Virus record (IMG/VR): IMGVR_UViG_3300025821_000010
Direction: 5' to 3' (one strand)
Source of the DNA: an uncultured virus (IMG/VR IMGVR_UViG_3300025821_000010)
Taxonomy: Duplodnaviria; Heunggongvirae; Uroviricota; Caudoviricetes
Length of the DNA stretch: 64,000 nucleotides
Part shown: piece after piece, positions 49,771-60,000 of the stretch
How positions within the stretch are numbered: the stretch's first letter is position 1
How the letters are laid out: each line of letters opens with the position of its first letter
Notes under the pieces: model-generated
Databases searched by the model: none
Seen by the model: the letters and a program-made list of their open reading frames with translations, nothing else
Told to the model about the DNA's origin: nothing
Made by a program: the position numbers and the translations under genes

Positions 49771-50572
49771 TTAATCTAGTAATACCATGTAAGCTTCTGC
49801 GTTTGAATGCCTAAACCAATCAAGGCCTTTTCTAAACTCTGAGTCTATCATTCTATTGGATTGACCTCGTTCTATTAACCATTGAGCACCCATTATAAAA
49901 TCATACATAGATAACTCATTGTTATTTAACTCTGCTTCTGCTCCTGTAAAAGGATTTTTAACCGTATCGCCGCTAGCGTATACTTTACCTTCGAACCATT
50001 TTGGTAAACCCATTTTTTCTTTTGTTTTCATAATTTCTTTTCATTTAATAGTTTAAAATGTTTATATACTTCAGGTATATGCTTTTTGTAGTAAGGTTGT
50101 GAACTTTTAATCTCGTCTTTTAATTTTTCAGGATCATCAATGCGTGGCCAGTTTTGAAAATCTACCTCTACTTCATTAATAAAATCTTGTACTGTCCAGC
50201 CTTCCCATACGTGTCTATTCATAATTAAAATTTGTGTGACATTTTATTATTTACATACCATTCATTCCATAAGTATTCCCAACGATCGCTATCCTCTCCA
50301 AGATCACATTCGTCTAATATATATTCATCAACATAGATGAAAGACCCTAAGTTTATAGCAGATTCAATTTCTGGCTGCAAGTAATGAGCTTGAGTGTATA
50401 TATCTCTATCAGGTATAACACTTTTCCAGTCAGCTTGGTCTAAAGCAACATATATATCATGACCATCTGCTGTCATTATTGATTCAAAAGATACATCATA
50501 TCCAACACCACCGTGTTCAGTGTCAAGTGTTGATCCTGACTTTTCAAGTACTAAGTTTTTGTAATGTGACAT
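49771..50572 (-). other. Three small hypothetical genes (49771-50031, 50028-50222, 50225-50572)
   Basis: Coupled ORFs from the ORF track. Confidence 0.55.
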
Positions 50573-50675
50573 AATTTAAAATATTAAGTTAAAAATTGAT
50601 TTAAATACTACAAGCACAAGCAATATTACATTGAATATTATCCATGCCATTATTATTTTTTCTATAGGCCTCATA

Positions 50676-51281
50676 TTAATGATATATTAGTCCGACTTTG
50701 TTAGTTTTGTTAAACCATCTGGTTGCATATAGATCATTCTCTGACGCATTAGCATAACCAGCAGCAACTAATTCATCTGCAGTTTTAAATATCTCTGTAT
50801 GACGATCTATTGACTTGTCTATAAGATCTACTTGTTTGCCTGAGTTACTGAATATAAAGTCATAATTGCTAGGTACATCAGCTTTTTTAACCATATCGAT
50901 CATGTTGGTATAACTATAGAAATTTACATGTGGATTTTGCTTTGCAATTTGAAACCACTTAGCTAAATACTCACGTGAATAATAGTCGCCGCTATCGTGT
51001 ACTCGCACAAACTTAGGCTTTTTGCTCTGTATCTCGGCGTGTATAGCACTTACAAAGCTATCTGTCTTGCTAAGCTCGTAACGTTTTTCGAACGCTGGCT
51101 TTACATTACCCCATATATACGCGCCTTTACGTGCATAACAGAACTTAATACAACCATCTGCCATAGGGCAAATGACTCTACCTGTTATACTTTTGTAAGC
51201 TGGTAAGCCAAAGTTGACAACTTTAAAGCCCATTAGCTTACTAGTCTTTTTTAATTTACCGTTTTGTGTTAACAACTGCAT
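50676..51281 (-). CDS. Gp88-like Fe-S/radical-SAM-related protein
   Basis: CPMADGCIKFCYA Cys triad; RVHDSGDYYS; FYSYT. Confidence 0.7.
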   Translation of the reverse strand: MQLLTQNGKLKKTSKLMGFKVVNFGLPAYKSITGRVICPMADGCIKFCYARKGAYIWGNVKPAFEKRYELSKTDSFVSAIHAEIQSKKPKFVRVHDSGDYYSREYLAKWFQIAKQNPHVNFYSYTNMIDMVKKADVPSNYDFIFSNSGKQVDLIDKSIDRHTEIFKTADELVAAGYANASENDLYATRWFNKTNKVGLIYH

Positions 51282-51817
51282 AATACTTCTTGTAATTTAT
51301 CTGTTATAGCAAATATAAATTCCGCTGGCTCTGTTTTACCGCCAATACTCCACGTCGTTAGATCGTTTTTAGTATAGTTTTCGCTGTATGTTTTCCAATC
51401 ATATAATGTATATATGTTGTCTTTAAATTTAAACACCCATTCGAATTGAACTTTGCCATCGCCTGAATCATCTGGTGAATAAGTTGGGCTACCAAACGCA
51501 AGTATTAAATCATTGTAGTAATAGCCGTGTAATGAACCTATTTTATGAGTGCCATGTGTTGCTGATTTCCAGTCAGCTTCGTGTTTAGTTAGTTTTTTCA
51601 TGTTACCAAGTTTTAGTTAAATATGTGTTATAGTATTGCTTTAATGTTTTATTAAATAAATCCATAGCTGCATTATCTGTTTCTTTGATTAAATCTTTAT
51701 CGTAAAGCATTTCTAATAATTGCTCGCTGACAAAGTCGCATGTTAGCTCATAAAGATCGCTAGATAATTCTTGATACATTTGCTTGTTCATGGTTATAAT
51801 TTTTATTTGTTATACAT

Positions 51818-51853
51818 ATATATTATCGTAAGTGCTACGTATTATTTTTGCAA
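51818..51853 (-). promoter_or_regulatory. Early promoter-like motif copy 2
   Basis: TTGCAAAAATAATACG-N10-GATAATATAT. Confidence 0.75.
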
Positions 51854-52650
51854 TACTTTTCTTCGTAAGCTAATAAGTATTCAATTTGTTCTTTAATATC
51901 TTTGAACTTTCTTTTTACCTGATAGATCAATGGACCTTGGTGGTATGGGTTATCTTGATTGGTTTTAAAGCGTACGTACTTGGTTTTAGGGTAGATACCT
52001 GCCCATTTACCGTTTGATAGTGTTACGTATATATTACCTTTTTTAGTTACTTTAGTGATTTCCATAATTATTTTATCTTGTTTTTGCGTGTGTATAGCAC
52101 TTGTAATAGATCTGAAGCTTTATACATATCTAACTTTTCGTTAGTATCTCGCTTATGATCTACTAATAAATGCAAGCCATCTATTAATGAGTCTAGTTGT
52201 TCTGAGTTAAAAAATAAGTTCATCTTCGTTTTCGTTATAAAATTCAGCGTGTTCTTTGCAGTCGGAGCAAATATCCGTTTCAAACCATGGCGATGCGCCA
52301 CAACAGTTACTTTCCATAATTAATCTTTTAAATATCCACGTAATTCTTTATCTTCTATTTGTAATAAGAAATCCCATAATAGATTGTGGAAATCTTCCAT
52401 GTCATCCCACTCGCAATTATCGTGGACAAAATTCCATTTATCAGCTAATGGTACGCCTACGTGATCTTTAACAGTGTCTGGATCAAAGTAAAACCTATAT
52501 TTTAGTTTTGCTATTATATCTTTAATAACAGGATTAGTATCATTTGGAAACATAGTAACATGTTTTATTAGATACTTGGTTAATACTGTGTGCTCTTCGT
52601 TGTTTAAATAAATTTCTTTAGACATAGTTATATTATTTTAATTATTATAT

Positions 52651-52686
52651 ATATATTATCTGAGGTGCTACGTATTATTATTGTAA
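52651..52686 (-). promoter_or_regulatory. Early promoter-like motif copy 3
   Basis: TTACAATAATAATACG-N10-GATAATATAT. Confidence 0.75.
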
Positions 52687-54183
52687 ATTTGCTAATATAA
52701 ACTCTGTTAGTAAATATGCGCAGCCAAGTATTCCGCTGAGCGCAGCTGTATATAGTACGCATAGCCACGTGTATAGCATAGCGTTAGTTATTTTATTCTT
52801 CATCTTGTATTTCTTTTATTATTTCTGTTAATTCTTCTAAGTTATTTAAATGGTAGTGTGAGTGGTATTCATCACCTACTTTTATAGTAGTATCTATTAA
52901 ATCATTATACTCTGATCCAGTGAACCAGATTTCTATGTTTATTTTTTTAGCTAACATGACGCCCAACCTATAAAGTGATATTTATCTTGTGTTTCAAAGT
53001 ATACACACTCTCGTTTACGTAGTTCGTCTAACGCTGCATCATAGTGGTCGTCGCTTTCGGGCTCTTTTATTTCGCCTAATAAACTGCATGTAGCTATAGT
53101 GCCTGAGTAAGGATCGTGGCCATGCTCATATAGTGCATCTTCTACTAGTTCTCTAAACGCTTGCTTTGCGCTTTCGTAATTCTTTTTTGGTACTGATTGG
53201 TGAAAGGATGTTGCTCCCATAGTTAAGATATATTAAATGTTAGTGGAAATTTACTAGCTATTAACTTTGCTAATGGCAAGTCTTTATTAGCACCATCGCA
53301 TATTAGCTTACATAAGTTTTCTTGTTTCTCGAATAATTCTTCTTGCCATATCATATCGCTTAAGAAAAAATCTTCTCCTAAAATCTCGCAGAATTTAGTT
53401 ACAAATTGAGCGTGTGTCATAGTTATATTATTTTAAGTGTTAGAAGTAATCTTGTCTAATAAAGTTATTAATTATATCGTGTACTTTAATTTGATTAGTT
53501 AAAGGTAGTGAGTTAAACTCTTCGTCGTGTTTCCAATTCTTTAAGTCGCTTTTGTCTTGCCACCTATTATAGATCTTGTGTGCGATTTCTTGATTAGTCA
53601 TAGTTATATTATTTATAGTTATTATTTAGTGATCCGTTATAAAATTCTTCTTCAAGTATATTAACTATTGCTTCCATAGCTAATGATGCTTCGTATGGCG
53701 TAGCATATGGTGTATTCTCATACGCTATAGCTACTTTACCTATAGATTCTATTATTTGCTCGTTACTCATAGGATATTGCCTCATAGCTTTTTTATTTTA
53801 TTAGATAAAGTGTATGCGTTTAGTGTTTGCTCTATAGTATTTATAGTTTCTAACATGCTTGCATTATTATCTTCTGCTTTATATAATATATAGCGTATAT
53901 CACTGATTAATTGCTCAGTTTCGGTGAGATTTTTAGTGGACATAGTTATTTAATATATGTTAGTGATAATAAACTAGCGGATATAAAGGTTAAGCCATTG
54001 TAGTTAAACCACTCGCGCACTGCAGAATCTTTTGCTACTTCGGCGAAATTTTTAGGCAAACTAGATACGGTGAAGCCTATATAACGCTTACGATTTGAGC
54101 GTATTAGAGGTAATTTAGAAATTTTGGTAGTTTTAATAGTTAAAGACATAGTTATATATTTTAAGTTATTAATTAATGTATAT

Positions 54184-54219
54184 TTATATTATCAACACTA
54201 CAACGTATTATTATTGTAA
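54184..54219 (-). promoter_or_regulatory. Early promoter-like motif copy 4
   Basis: TTACAATAATAATACG-N10-GATAATATA. Confidence 0.75.
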
Positions 54220-54313
54220 CGAAGGTGGTTTATTATTTATTAGTTGAAAAGAGTAGAGGGATATTATACTCTGTCTCTCCATACAAGAATATAATTCTCC
54301 CCGCAGAAAAGTG

Positions 54314-54355
54314 TGACATTAGCTAGTTAAATAGTAGGGTAACAGGCTATTGTCA
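54314..54355. repeat. Inverted-repeat element copy 2 (TGACATTAG-N24-CTATTGTCA)
   Basis: Read directly; intergenic. Confidence 0.85.
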
Positions 54356-54571
54356 CCCCCTAGAAAAGTGTATAGCACTACAGATCACTGTATTTTATTA
54401 GTGCGAATATATCTTCTTCGTTTACTTCTATTTCACTATCTTCTGCGTGCATAGTCATAGTGAAGTTTAGTATAAATTCAGCGAGATCATTCTTATCCCA
54501 CTCTAATAATTGCTCGTAAGAGAATAGTTTGCTTGATAGTACTAGTTTTTCCATGTTTAATTATTTTATAA

Positions 54572-54607
54572 ATATATTATCTTATAGTGTACGTATTATT
54601 TTTGTTG
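54572..54607 (-). promoter_or_regulatory. Early promoter-like motif copy 5
   Basis: CAACAAAAATAATACG-N10-GATAATATAT. Confidence 0.75.
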
Positions 54608-54624
54608 AGCGCAAGTGTATAGCA

Positions 54625-54855
54625 TTAAGAGATAAGTTCTCTTAACACTACTGGAACACTTGTTGAAGAAGTATAGCTTTTATATTTAATAAAGCAAGGC
54701 ATTACTTCGAGTTTCGCTTGCATAATTTTATACGCTTCGTCGTGATTGTAAGTTACTTCTTTTCCACTTTTGAATTTGACTTTTATTATAGTGTTAGAGC
54801 CAATAAGTGATTTTCTGATTAAAAAGCGTTTTGAGTTTAAAGTTTGAGTTTGCAT
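54625..54855 (-). CDS. Early protein, paralogue A
   Basis: SKRFLIRKSLIG.NTIIKV.FKSGK...YNHD.AY.IM..KL..MPCFIKYKSYTSSTS shared with 55523-55765. Confidence 0.8.
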   Translation of the reverse strand: MQTQTLNSKRFLIRKSLIGSNTIIKVKFKSGKEVTYNHDEAYKIMQAKLEVMPCFIKYKSYTSSTSVPVVLRELIS

Positions 54856-54898
54856 AGTGATTTAATTTAAGTTATTAATTATTATTTTTTAGTTACAT

Positions 54899-54934
54899 AT
54901 ATATTATCTAGTAGCGAACGTATTATTTTTGTTG
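54899..54934 (-). promoter_or_regulatory. Early promoter-like motif copy 6
   Basis: CAACAAAAATAATACG-N10-GATAATATAT. Confidence 0.75.
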
Positions 54935-55024
54935 AGCGCAGCGAAGTGCTATACACGCCTGGCGGCGTTAACTATAGTGTGTGACGGAGTCTACTCTTCC
55001 GACGCTATTTCAAAGTCAGGCCTT

Positions 55025-55060
55025 ATATATTATCTTAACAGCAGCGTAAAACTTTTGTAA
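55025..55060 (-). promoter_or_regulatory. Early promoter-like motif copy 7
   Basis: TTACAAAAGTTTTACG-N10-GATAATATAT. Confidence 0.7.
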
Positions 55061-55444
55061 TCAAACGCTCCTGTTCGCGCTGTGAGGTCCTATTTAAAAG
55101 ACCTCAACCATTCGATTACTCCATCATAATGCTCTTTCATTGCAGGAGATTCTTCACATGTATAATAAGGTTTAGAGAACATTGCTTTGGTTTCTCTACC
55201 TAAAGCATTACTATAGGTTATAGAGTAATAGTTTGATTTTGGGTTGTTGGTGATCTTAAATGGTATCATATGATTAAGGTATTAGGTTTATATTAGAGTT
55301 CATTTCATCCCACATTTCTTGTAACCATGGTAATTCATCATAGTCATCTAGTGTGTATTCTTTGTTGTTGATAGTGATAATGTCAATGTCATGATCTTCA
55401 CTAATTAGTAATTTGATTTCCATAAGAGTTATTATTTAATTTAT

Positions 55445-55480
55445 ATATATTATCTGAAGAGTTCAGTATTTTTTTTGTAA
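55445..55480 (-). promoter_or_regulatory. Early promoter-like motif copy 8
   Basis: TTACAAAAAAAATACT-N10-GATAATATAT. Confidence 0.7.
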
Positions 55481-55522
55481 TTGCACTTCATTTGCTCAAT
55501 AATAGTCGTGAGGTGTTAAGTA

Positions 55523-55765
55523 CTAAGAGACTGATTTGTCCCTTAGCACTGTTGGTATTGAAGTACTTGATGTGTATGATTTGTACTTGATAAAGCATGG
55601 CATTGTATCAAGCTTGTCCTTCATTATTTCATATGCTGCATCATGATTGTATTCATATTGCTTACCTGATTTGAATGTGACTTTAATGATTGTGTTTGTA
55701 CCAATTAGAGATTTTCTGATTAAGAATCTTTTGCTTTCCATTGTTTTTTGATTTGAATTTGACAT
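55523..55765 (-). CDS. Early protein, paralogue B
   Basis: Highly similar to 54625-54855. Confidence 0.8.
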   Translation of the reverse strand: MSNSNQKTMESKRFLIRKSLIGTNTIIKVTFKSGKQYEYNHDAAYEIMKDKLDTMPCFIKYKSYTSSTSIPTVLRDKSVS

Positions 55766-55811
55766 AATTGTTTGATTTAAATTTATATTAATTATTAATT
55801 ATTTATTATAT

Positions 55812-55847
55812 ATATATTATCTATATACAAGCGTATTTTTTTTGTAA
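55812..55847 (-). promoter_or_regulatory. Early promoter-like motif copy 9
   Basis: TTACAAAAAAAATACG-N10-GATAATATAT. Confidence 0.75.
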
Positions 55848-55900
55848 GCAAATGCTTCGGCTCGCGCTGTGAGGTGGGCTATATTGCTCGCTGCTTACAT

Positions 55901-55936
55901 ATATATTATCTACTCGCAAGCGTATTTATTTTGTAA
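55901..55936 (-). promoter_or_regulatory. Early promoter-like motif copy 10
   Basis: TTACAAAATAAATACG-N10-GATAATATAT. Confidence 0.75.
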
Positions 55937-56217
55937 CGCACATACTGGAATCAAAACGCTCAGTAATAGACGTGAGGTGTCTTGTCAATTAGTATATCTC
56001 CAGGAAAAAAGCTAAAAGCTGGGGGTATTTCAACGTAAAAGGCAAAACATAAAACGCAAATCTTATAAAACACGGGGACCCCGGTCATTTTGAAACGCAA
56101 AAGGTTTTTAGTTGTTGTTGTAGAAAAGAAGGGGTAACACCCTACTCCTAAATTTCTAACATAATTTTTACCATACCCCTATATTTGTTACAATTTTTTT
56201 TATAAAATAAAAAACTA

Positions 56218-56259
56218 TGACATTAGGCTGTTATATTAAGGGGTAATAGGCTATTGTCA
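56218..56259. repeat. Inverted-repeat element copy 3 (TGACATTAG-N24-CTATTGTCA)
   Basis: Read directly; in the divergent non-coding region. Confidence 0.85.
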
Positions 56260-56319
56260 CACTGTAAAATACGATGCTTTCGTGTGAATATATAAAGTAT
56301 ACAAAAAAGACACAAAAAA

Positions 56320-56415
56320 ATGGCAGCAAACTTAGGAAACGAGGCAGTTACAGTGATGTATCTAGGAAGCGAGACAGTTACAGCTGTGTATTTAGGTACA
56401 GAGCAGGTAATATAA
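56320..56415 (+). CDS. 31-aa peptide of three LGxExV repeats (tail-fibre-associated type), missing from ORF track
   Basis: MAANLGNEAVTVMYLGSETVTAVYLGTEQVI; A-rich start. Confidence 0.55.
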   Translation: MAANLGNEAVTVMYLGSETVTAVYLGTEQVI

Positions 56416-56431
56416 TTTAAAATTTATTCTC

Positions 56432-56785
56432 ATGAACATAGTAGGTAACGAAAACGACGACATACAAATACAATTAGATGAAAATGGGCAATGGACTCAC
56501 CATGCTAGTGAAAAAACGGTGGGTAAACAGGTGCATTGTCATTATACTATTGTGTCTACTGATCATCCAGAGGAGGATGCTGGTTTAACATGGGATTTTG
56601 AATTGGATTGTAGCCATAATAACCAGACAAAGAAAGGTAATCAGATCCCTACAGGTGTAAAGTGGTCATGTGAGGTAAATACTAATTCCTCAAGTGACAC
56701 GCAATTTGATTTTACGGTTACATCAAATAAAGGGCAAGACCTTGCTGGTTATATTGTAAGATTACTAGCAGTAGAAAACTCATAA
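56432..56785 (+). CDS. Hypothetical beta-rich protein
   Basis: 117-aa ORF. Confidence 0.55.
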   Translation: MNIVGNENDDIQIQLDENGQWTHHASEKTVGKQVHCHYTIVSTDHPEEDAGLTWDFELDCSHNNQTKKGNQIPTGVKWSCEVNTNSSSDTQFDFTVTSNKGQDLAGYIVRLLAVENS

Positions 56786-56790
56786 TAAGT

Positions 56791-57051
56791 ATGGCGAAGC
56801 AAAAATTATCACCAGAAGCGCTAAAAGCAAAAAGAAGACGCGATTTAGCAGCGGCAAATTCACCGTTTAGGCGAGAATTACGTGCAGATAGCCAAAGAAA
56901 GAGAAGAGCAGCGGAAAATGCTGGTAGAAACCTTGATGGATTAGATTATGATCATAATACAGGAAAATTTGTACCGCTTGGTTACAACAGAGGAGGTACT
57001 CAACAAGGTGGTACTGATGGTACAAAAGCAGAAAATTCAAGAAACGCGTAA
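56791..57051 (+). CDS. Small basic protein, possibly degenerate HNH-like
   Basis: GLDYDH.....V....NRG pattern. Confidence 0.45.
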   Translation: MAKQKLSPEALKAKRRRDLAAANSPFRRELRADSQRKRRAAENAGRNLDGLDYDHNTGKFVPLGYNRGGTQQGGTDGTKAENSRNA

Positions 57052-57065
57052 AGAAATAATATAAA

Positions 57066-60000
57066 ATGGCAATAATATACAGCTACGAACAGGAAGCTAA
57101 TCCACAGTTTTCAGATTTACTACTAGGTACAGATGTAAGTGCGCCTGGGAAGCCTACTAAATCATTCTCTATACAGAGCATCGTTGATTTGGTTGAAACA
57201 GGTGTGCCTGGTGGTGGTACTGTAACAAGTGTTGGTACTAATAGTAGTACCTTTGTTACTTTATCAGGTGGACCAATCACTACTTCCGGTATCATATCAG
57301 CATCGTTATCTGCCACAGGCGTGCCTAGTGCCACTACATATCTTCGTGGTGATAATACTTGGGCTACAATACCTTCTTCTTTAAATACAACATACACGAT
57401 TACAAGTGCGCAAAACGGTACAGCTGCGAATATAAGGCTTACTGGTAGTGATACTACGCAGACGTTGGTTACACTAGCTGCTGGCGCAAACATTGCTTTA
57501 ACAGACAATGGTTCTAATCGTATTACAATTGGGGTTACAGGACTACCATCTGGATCAGTGACAAGTGTTACTGCAGACGGTGGGTTATATATAGTTAGTG
57601 GATCTGCAACAGTAAATCCAGTACTAGCAGTTGATTTAACTGGTTTAAACAATTATATTAAAGTTAGTGAAAATCAAACTACAGCTATAAGTGATGACTT
57701 CATAGCTTTTAATCAAAATTCCTCTGAAAATGTAAAGACTACAACTTTAGGGGCAATAACACCTAATTCTTTATCTCTTGTAAAAGATTATATTGATGCA
57801 GGTGATGTTGGTGACGTTAGAAACGACACTGATACATTTACTACAACAGCAGTTGTTGAAAACGTAGTAAGTTTGACATCAGCTGAATATTCTGCGCTAA
57901 CACCAAATGCAAACACTTTATACCTTATAGTAGGTGCTGCGACATCATACACTAATACTTTAGCGTTTACAAACAACATTGTAGGTACTGAGTATACAAT
58001 TGGTGGTGATCAAGCTGGTGCAACAAGATCGGGTATTGAGGGCGCATCTTATGCTTTTAATACTACGATAACACCAAATTCTGGTTATTACTTCTCATCA
58101 GGGCCTACAGTAACAAACGCTTCAGGGGTATTCGGTACTGCTGATGAAACAGTATATACAATATTAGAAGGTACTGTTGAGCAAATAGTAGAGCCACCTA
58201 TAACAGCTACACTTGCATTGACGCTATCACCTAGTTTAGGTACAAACGGCGTTGAATATACATTAGGTGGTGATTTAGCAGGTGCAACACAATCTGGTCC
58301 TTCTCCATTAACATACGCATTTAATACAACTATATCAGCTAATAGTGGTTATGAGTTTACATCAGGACCTACAATTACAAATGCTACTGGAACAATAAAC
58401 GGTAGTCAATCAGTTGTTACTAATATAACTGGTACTATAGAGGCGATTGCAATACCTCCAGTAACAGTAACGCCATCATTAATAAATAATTTCACAGGTG
58501 AATCTTCACAAGTTAGTTTATCAGTTACACCTGGTTCTTTCTCTGGAGACTCCCCTGTTACTTATACATTTAACCCGGTTGCTACAGCAAACTCTGGTTA
58601 TGCAATAGAAAACTTAACTTACACTGGTGATATATCTGGAAGTGCTACAAGCAGTAAAACAGCTGTTATGTATGCTAATGGTAATGTAATACAAACAAGC
58701 ACTAACGCTGTTGTTGAATTAGACCTGGTTGTTAATATTACTGGTGGTGGATATGTTACTAGTGGTGATTTAGACGGTGCTCAACAAACAGGACCTATAC
58801 CATTTACTTATGCATTCGATACAGATGTTTCGCCGTTGCCTGGATATGAATTTACTAGTTTGACTATAAACAACGCTTCTGGTACAACTAATCAATCAGG
58901 TTTACAAGTAGTAACAACTACAATAACAGGTACTATTCAAGAAGCACCTGAAACAGTAAGAGCTACACTGCAAGTTAACCCAAGTATAACAGGTGAGCAG
59001 GTTTATAGTATAACAGGTGACAACACTGGTGCTTTCCAAGAAGGTTTACCGCCGTTTGATTATTCTTTCTCAACAGGTGTTTCTATACCTAGTGGATATG
59101 AATGGACAACCGGCCCTAATGTATCGCCTAATCCTAATTCTGGTACAATATCTGCAGATACAACGGTTACTACTAATATAACTGGAAATATAGCTGCTGT
59201 TGCAGATTCTTATTATACTTTATTTAAGTGTAGCACTCAATCTGGTGGATTTACATCAAGTCAAACTACAACTCAAATATCATTAAATACTAATGATCAA
59301 ATATATAACTTAGCAAATGCGTCAGATACATATATTGTAACTGGAACTTCAACTTCGCAAGGCACTAGTATTAGTGTATCTTCTAGTCAAGGAACTGGAT
59401 GTCCTCCAACATTATACTACTATATAATTGAAAACTGTGCTAATTCATCACAACTACAATATGGTTACAGTACTCAACCTAATTTAGGCGCTGGAGATAC
59501 GTTTAACTACTTTAGTAACTGTTACAAATATTATGACGTTGATCCTACCGAGGTTGGAACAATTGATTTAGATGCTTTGTCAACATGTCAATGTGGCCCT
59601 GAACAAGGGTATGTTAATTTAACTTTTTCTAATAACGTAACTGGTGCAGCAAACACAACAACTGCTCTTGGCGGGTTTACAACGTTACAAGGTAATGTTG
59701 GTGACCCTTACACGTTTACAAACTCAATAGTTGCTAATACAGGTTATCAATTTACATCTGGACCAACATGGAACCCTTCTGCTGTAATAACAGGTACTTT
59801 CGTTTCTGGAACTACTAATATAACACAAACAGTAACTGGTAACGTAACAGCAATTCCAAATGAAGTAACTGTTACTTTAGCATTTAGCAATAATGTAACT
59901 AACAATCAATTTACAACAACTAGTTTAACACCCGGAGCTACAATAACAGGTAATCCTGGTGATTCATATCAGTTTGTTCACACTATAACTACAGATCCTG

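Larger units (their letters stand above)
51269..54554 (-). other. Early region of small hypothetical genes (e.g. 51269-51601, 51603-51791, 51835-52065, 52320-52625, 52951-53220, 53223-53420, 53946-54149, 54378-54554)
   Basis: Short ORFs, several with a shared AAATAATATAACTATG leader, interleaved with promoter motifs. Confidence 0.6.
41909..54956. repeat. Dispersed decamer GTGTATAGCA, 8 exact copies
   Basis: At 41909, 48500, 51039, 52090, 52769, 54368, 54615 (+) and 54947-54956 (reverse). Confidence 0.85.

Noticed and set aside
37124..52471. Nested or opposite-strand ORFs in the minus arm (e.g. 37124-37552, 38653-39003, 38676-38999, 43003-43392)
   Set aside because: Shadows of nrdA, nrdB, primase-helicase and others
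49278..55936. Repeated 36-bp motif as a CRISPR array
   Set aside because: Spacing is irregular (about 50 bp to 2.5 kb), repeats have a variable centre, genes lie between copies, and no cas genes are present
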